From an uncultured Oscillospiraceae bacterium (GTDB lineage Bacteria; Bacillota; Clostridia; Oscillospirales; Oscillospiraceae), in the NCBI GenBank assembly GCA_964428625.1, contig CAYRYT010000001.1, positions 1 to 37,889 on the forward strand: 37,889 nucleotides of DNA, in the 5' to 3' direction. A program made the position numbers and the translations under genes. This document shows positions 34,796 through 37,889 of this stretch, piece after piece (positions within the stretch are counted from its first letter, which is position 1; the number at the start of each line of letters is the position of its first letter). The notes under the pieces were generated by a model that saw nothing but the letters and a program-made list of their open reading frames with translations, was not told the origin of the DNA and did not search any database.

Positions 34796-35630
34796 CGATA
34801 ATCTCCGGTGTTAAACCAGGCAGCTCATCCAGGGTGATGTCGTAATCGTCAACGCACTTGGGAACGATGACACCAGCCTTTGGAGCGACGCACACGCTGC
34901 GGTGGACTTTCGCGGTGGAATACTGCCCGGCGGGGCAGTTGTGTTCGAACCAATAGAGCTTGACCACTTCCATGGAGCCTTCGGGCCGGGCGGAGGAAGC
35001 GTCTCCCTCAAACAGCGTGCGCAGGGCTTCCTTGATGACAAGGGAATCCCCGTGTGTGAAACCGGTTTTCTGCGCCAATTGCACATTGATAGAGCCCTTG
35101 ATCTTGTAAAGGCCAAAGCGGACATAGTGTTTCTTTCCCATGGTGTCGGAAGTACGAGTTTCTCCCTTTTCTCCGTTGACACTTTTGGTTATTTGCAATG
35201 TTTCAACTTCCACAGGAGAAACGCTGACTGCTTGGTGGACAGAAACAGGACCGCGGACACCGACCGAAACACCTTTCGATTCTTTGTCCTTAAATGCAAA
35301 TACCTGTCCAAAGCTGCGCACATCCAACCAGGTCTGGCAGGCTTTTTGCGCATAGGTGTCCCGATTTTTTTCGCCTTTCATCACATTGCTGGCCCGCTCG
35401 GACAGACTTCCGAAGCCGTCGTCACACCGGTCATCCGACTGGACAAAGATGGAGCAGCCCAGATCCTGCATTCGATTGCGGATCTTGCGCTTGATACACA
35501 CATCGCTCATCTCTCCAAAACCACTGTAATCCGTGCGGGGGCGGTTGCCGTTGAGGGGATCGCCGTTGGCGTTTGCCCGCTCTACCGAGACCAATGCCAC
35601 AAAATCTATCTTGTTATTCAGCGCACTCAT
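34785..35630 (-). CDS. cas7: type I-C Cas7/Csd2
   Basis: NANGDPL.GNRPR, SDVCIKRKIRN, DVRSFGQV, TMGKKH and DASSARPEG motifs. Confidence 0.95.
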   Translation of the reverse strand: MSALNNKIDFVALVSVERANANGDPLNGNRPRTDYSGFGEMSDVCIKRKIRNRMQDLGCSIFVQSDDRCDDGFGSLSERASNVMKGEKNRDTYAQKACQTWLDVRSFGQVFAFKDKESKGVSVGVRGPVSVHQAVSVSPVEVETLQITKSVNGEKGETRTSDTMGKKHYVRFGLYKIKGSINVQLAQKTGFTHGDSLVIKEALRTLFEGDASSARPEGSMEVVKLYWFEHNCPAGQYSTAKVHRSVCVAPKAGVIVPKCVDDYDITLDELPGLTPEIIDGL

Positions 35631-37395
35631 TTTCTTTATCCTCCATATCCTTATCTTTTTTGGTGTACAGTGCATTTCTTTGCAGGTAATATCCCATTAA
35701 GTAGGTATCCGACAGGGGCAGATCCCACTGTTGCTCCGGTGTCTGGCTGATGATCTCCATGATCTGGGATATCATGGCCTTGTACCACCCACGAAGTCCG
35801 GGGTTGAGCCGTGGGAAGTAGGCTTGTTCCAGTTGCTTTTCGATGATCCCGGCAGCGTACATGGGACGCTGACAGAATACGGACTGCATTCGGATGGCGT
35901 TGGGTTCCCGGCCCTCGGTGCTGTCGTATGTATCCCGCTCCACTTTTTCCATTACCGCCAGTAGCCGTCCAAATTGATAGCTGCGGTCGTTCTTTTCTGG
36001 CTCCAGAGCCATGTTCCATTCCTCCTTAAATCGGTCATATCTGTATTTTCGGATCACCGCACAGGCGGTGGACAGAATCGTTTCCCATACATCGTGATCG
36101 TACGCCTGGGGTTGAGAGGCTTTGCGGACCAAAGCTTTGACGATATCTGCGCCAACGGAAGCTCGCTCCACCCGACAGGCAAGCAGGCGTTGCAGTTCTT
36201 GCCGCATGATCTGGTCGTCGGCGGTGATGCGAGTGGCACCTTTTTCGGTTTTTGGGGTGCCAAAGGCACAATTGATGATTTGCCGCAGGCTGGGAGACTG
36301 AATGCCATAACGCCGGTCTGGCCAGCAGCAGGTGTTGTCCCAATCGTAGAGCCGCTGCAAAGAATCATGGGCCTGGAATTCATTGTAGTAAGTCAAAGCC
36401 AATCGGCCGGTGGTGGCTGCGTCAAAGACGGCGACCACCACATTGTCGTCAATGGTGAAGTCACGCTTGGTACCGTTCAAGACCCGTTGGAGATCTTCTT
36501 GATAGCTGACGGGATCCCAAATGGATTTGGCTGGGCGCATGGGTCCGGTCGGTTGCAGGACGGTTTTTCCTTTTGGGTTCCAGCATAGAAATGCCCGACC
36601 ACCGAAGATGGCACCCTGTTCCTGTATCAGCCAGCGCAGAGCGCTGTGGGCTTTTTGCGAGGCTTCGTAGCCGACTTGCGCAGCTTGCCATTCTTCGCTG
36701 AAGCGCCCACGGTAGGAAAAGCCTACTTTGTCATTGGCAGAGATCAGCTTGGCGTTGCCGTTTAGGGAAAACACACCCTTTGGATGTTGGCTGGCAATGC
36801 CAACTTGTGCACCGGTCACCATACACAGTCCTTCTGGCCGTTGGGTCTGGCTGAGACTATATCGGGTAAAAGCTTCAAGCAAGGCGGTGTTACGCCAGCA
36901 TTCCTCCGGGATATCTCCCTGTATCCGCCAGCGGATCATCAGTTTGTCGTTTTCTGGCATTCCATTTCCATCCACCTTGATCAGCCCACATTTTTGCAGG
37001 TTCTCCAGGATCGTGGCACCTTTCACATACTGCAATACAGGGGCCAACTTGGGATGGGAATACTCGGAATTTGCCCAGGCCTCCAGCTGTTGCACATAGA
37101 GATCGTATTTTGTGCTATTTTGCGGAAGGAGATATCCGATCTGCTCGCAAAGAGGATGGGGACAGGGGGCGCTGGTACGACCGGCAGAGCCTTCTGTGGC
37201 GGGCATTACGATTTTGGACGCATTTTTTTCAACAGCCGAAGCAAGGACAAATTTTCCCTCCGGATCCAGCGTGATCTCCAGATCCGCCCGGGTCACGATG
37301 TGCCCCACCGGTGCCATGGGAGTCATATTATTCTGGTTTTCTGTGTAGTGAATATGGCTTTCGTAGGTTTCCAAGGCTCGTTGAAACAGTCCCAT
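35614..37395 (-). CDS. cas8c: type I-C Cas8c/Csd1
   Basis: PHPLC, CMVTG, NAKLISAND, ATTGRL, SYQFGRLLA and YLMGYYLQR motifs; lies between cas5 and cas7. Confidence 0.93.
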   Translation of the reverse strand: MGLFQRALETYESHIHYTENQNNMTPMAPVGHIVTRADLEITLDPEGKFVLASAVEKNASKIVMPATEGSAGRTSAPCPHPLCEQIGYLLPQNSTKYDLYVQQLEAWANSEYSHPKLAPVLQYVKGATILENLQKCGLIKVDGNGMPENDKLMIRWRIQGDIPEECWRNTALLEAFTRYSLSQTQRPEGLCMVTGAQVGIASQHPKGVFSLNGNAKLISANDKVGFSYRGRFSEEWQAAQVGYEASQKAHSALRWLIQEQGAIFGGRAFLCWNPKGKTVLQPTGPMRPAKSIWDPVSYQEDLQRVLNGTKRDFTIDDNVVVAVFDAATTGRLALTYYNEFQAHDSLQRLYDWDNTCCWPDRRYGIQSPSLRQIINCAFGTPKTEKGATRITADDQIMRQELQRLLACRVERASVGADIVKALVRKASQPQAYDHDVWETILSTACAVIRKYRYDRFKEEWNMALEPEKNDRSYQFGRLLAVMEKVERDTYDSTEGREPNAIRMQSVFCQRPMYAAGIIEKQLEQAYFPRLNPGLRGWYKAMISQIMEIISQTPEQQWDLPLSDTYLMGYYLQRNALYTKKDKDMEDKENECAE

Positions 37396-37889
37396 TTATG
37401 TCACCTCCCCAAATTCCTTTAGGCCGGTGAAGTTTTGAAGATCTTCACCAAAGGGCTTTATCTGCATATCTGCCAGCACCTTGTGGTGCGGGCACTGCTC
37501 GGGACGGGGAAAATGGATCACGCCGTGTTCCATCACAGGCCGCCAGAAGCGGGCGGTCATGTGCCCGGCGGTCTCAGAAGAATAGGCTTCGTCTGCATAG
37601 GTGATACCGTGGTACATCAGACCGAATTCCAGCCTGGGGATGTTGTCGTATGCGCCGGGACCCTCACCAAACACGCAGGGCTCCACATATCCCTGACATT
37701 CCCGGGTGCCCAGGAAAATATCCCGGCGTCCACCTTTGCGGATCATTTTCAGTGCGATCTGATGGTGTTTGTTCTCGTTACGGTCACATTCCAGCTCCGG
37801 TCGGTTTTCGTTCCATTCAAAATGAGCCCGCACTTGATAGCGGCAATTTTTCAAATAGGTGTAGTACGCCAGATCGTTGCCACCGCTGT
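37396..37889 (-). CDS. cas5: type I-C Cas5c (Cas5d), 5' end outside the window
   Basis: Frame open to the window edge (SGGNDLAYYTYLKNCRYQV...); GGRRDIFLGTRECQG and GLMYHG motifs. Confidence 0.93.
   Translation of the reverse strand, partial: SGGNDLAYYTYLKNCRYQVRAHFEWNENRPELECDRNENKHHQIALKMIRKGGRRDIFLGTRECQGYVEPCVFGEGPGAYDNIPRLEFGLMYHGITYADEAYSSETAGHMTARFWRPVMEHGVIHFPRPEQCPHHKVLADMQIKPFGEDLQNFTGLKEFGEVT

Noticed and set aside
37396-37889. Missing cas3 and cas6 as a sign of a defective or transposon-associated system
   Set aside because: Type I-C lacks cas6 (Cas5c processes crRNA), and cas3 normally lies upstream of cas5, outside this window.

Overview
GC-rich Bacillota (Clostridia, Oscillospiraceae-like by gene content; inferred) chromosomal window with four zones. 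(1) 1-2.8 kb: housekeeping and small genes, plus a 718-bp AT-rich GNAT cassette that has split an intrinsic terminator at its loop and is flanked by an AATG direct repeat. (2) 2.8-16.9 kb: a vitamin B12 locus with three cobalamin riboswitches. The first heads an operon of a TIM-barrel AP-endonuclease-2-like gene (candidate CbiR-like cobamide remodeller) plus cobT-cobU-cobS-cobU-like-cobC. A tandem riboswitch pair heads a 1204-aa sortase-anchored surface protein (DUF4430 + beta-propeller + alpha-barrel), a membrane-anchored FecR-like/DUF4430 protein and an ECF transporter with two T components. The best candidate for an undescribed system is this putative transcobalamin-like surface B12 capture-and-relay coupled to cobamide remodelling. 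(3) 17-32.3 kb: tRNA-Ala(CGC), MATE, galM, MacB-type ABC fusion, a 7-gene minus-strand operon, CBS protein, lysine riboswitch-lysA, HlyIII, ArsR, tRNA-Gly(GCC) and an ATP-grasp gene. (4) 32.4-37.9 kb: type I-C CRISPR-Cas (partial cas5, cas8c, cas7, cas4, cas1, cas2) with a 3-spacer array. All family calls come from motif recognition by eye; no database searches were run.
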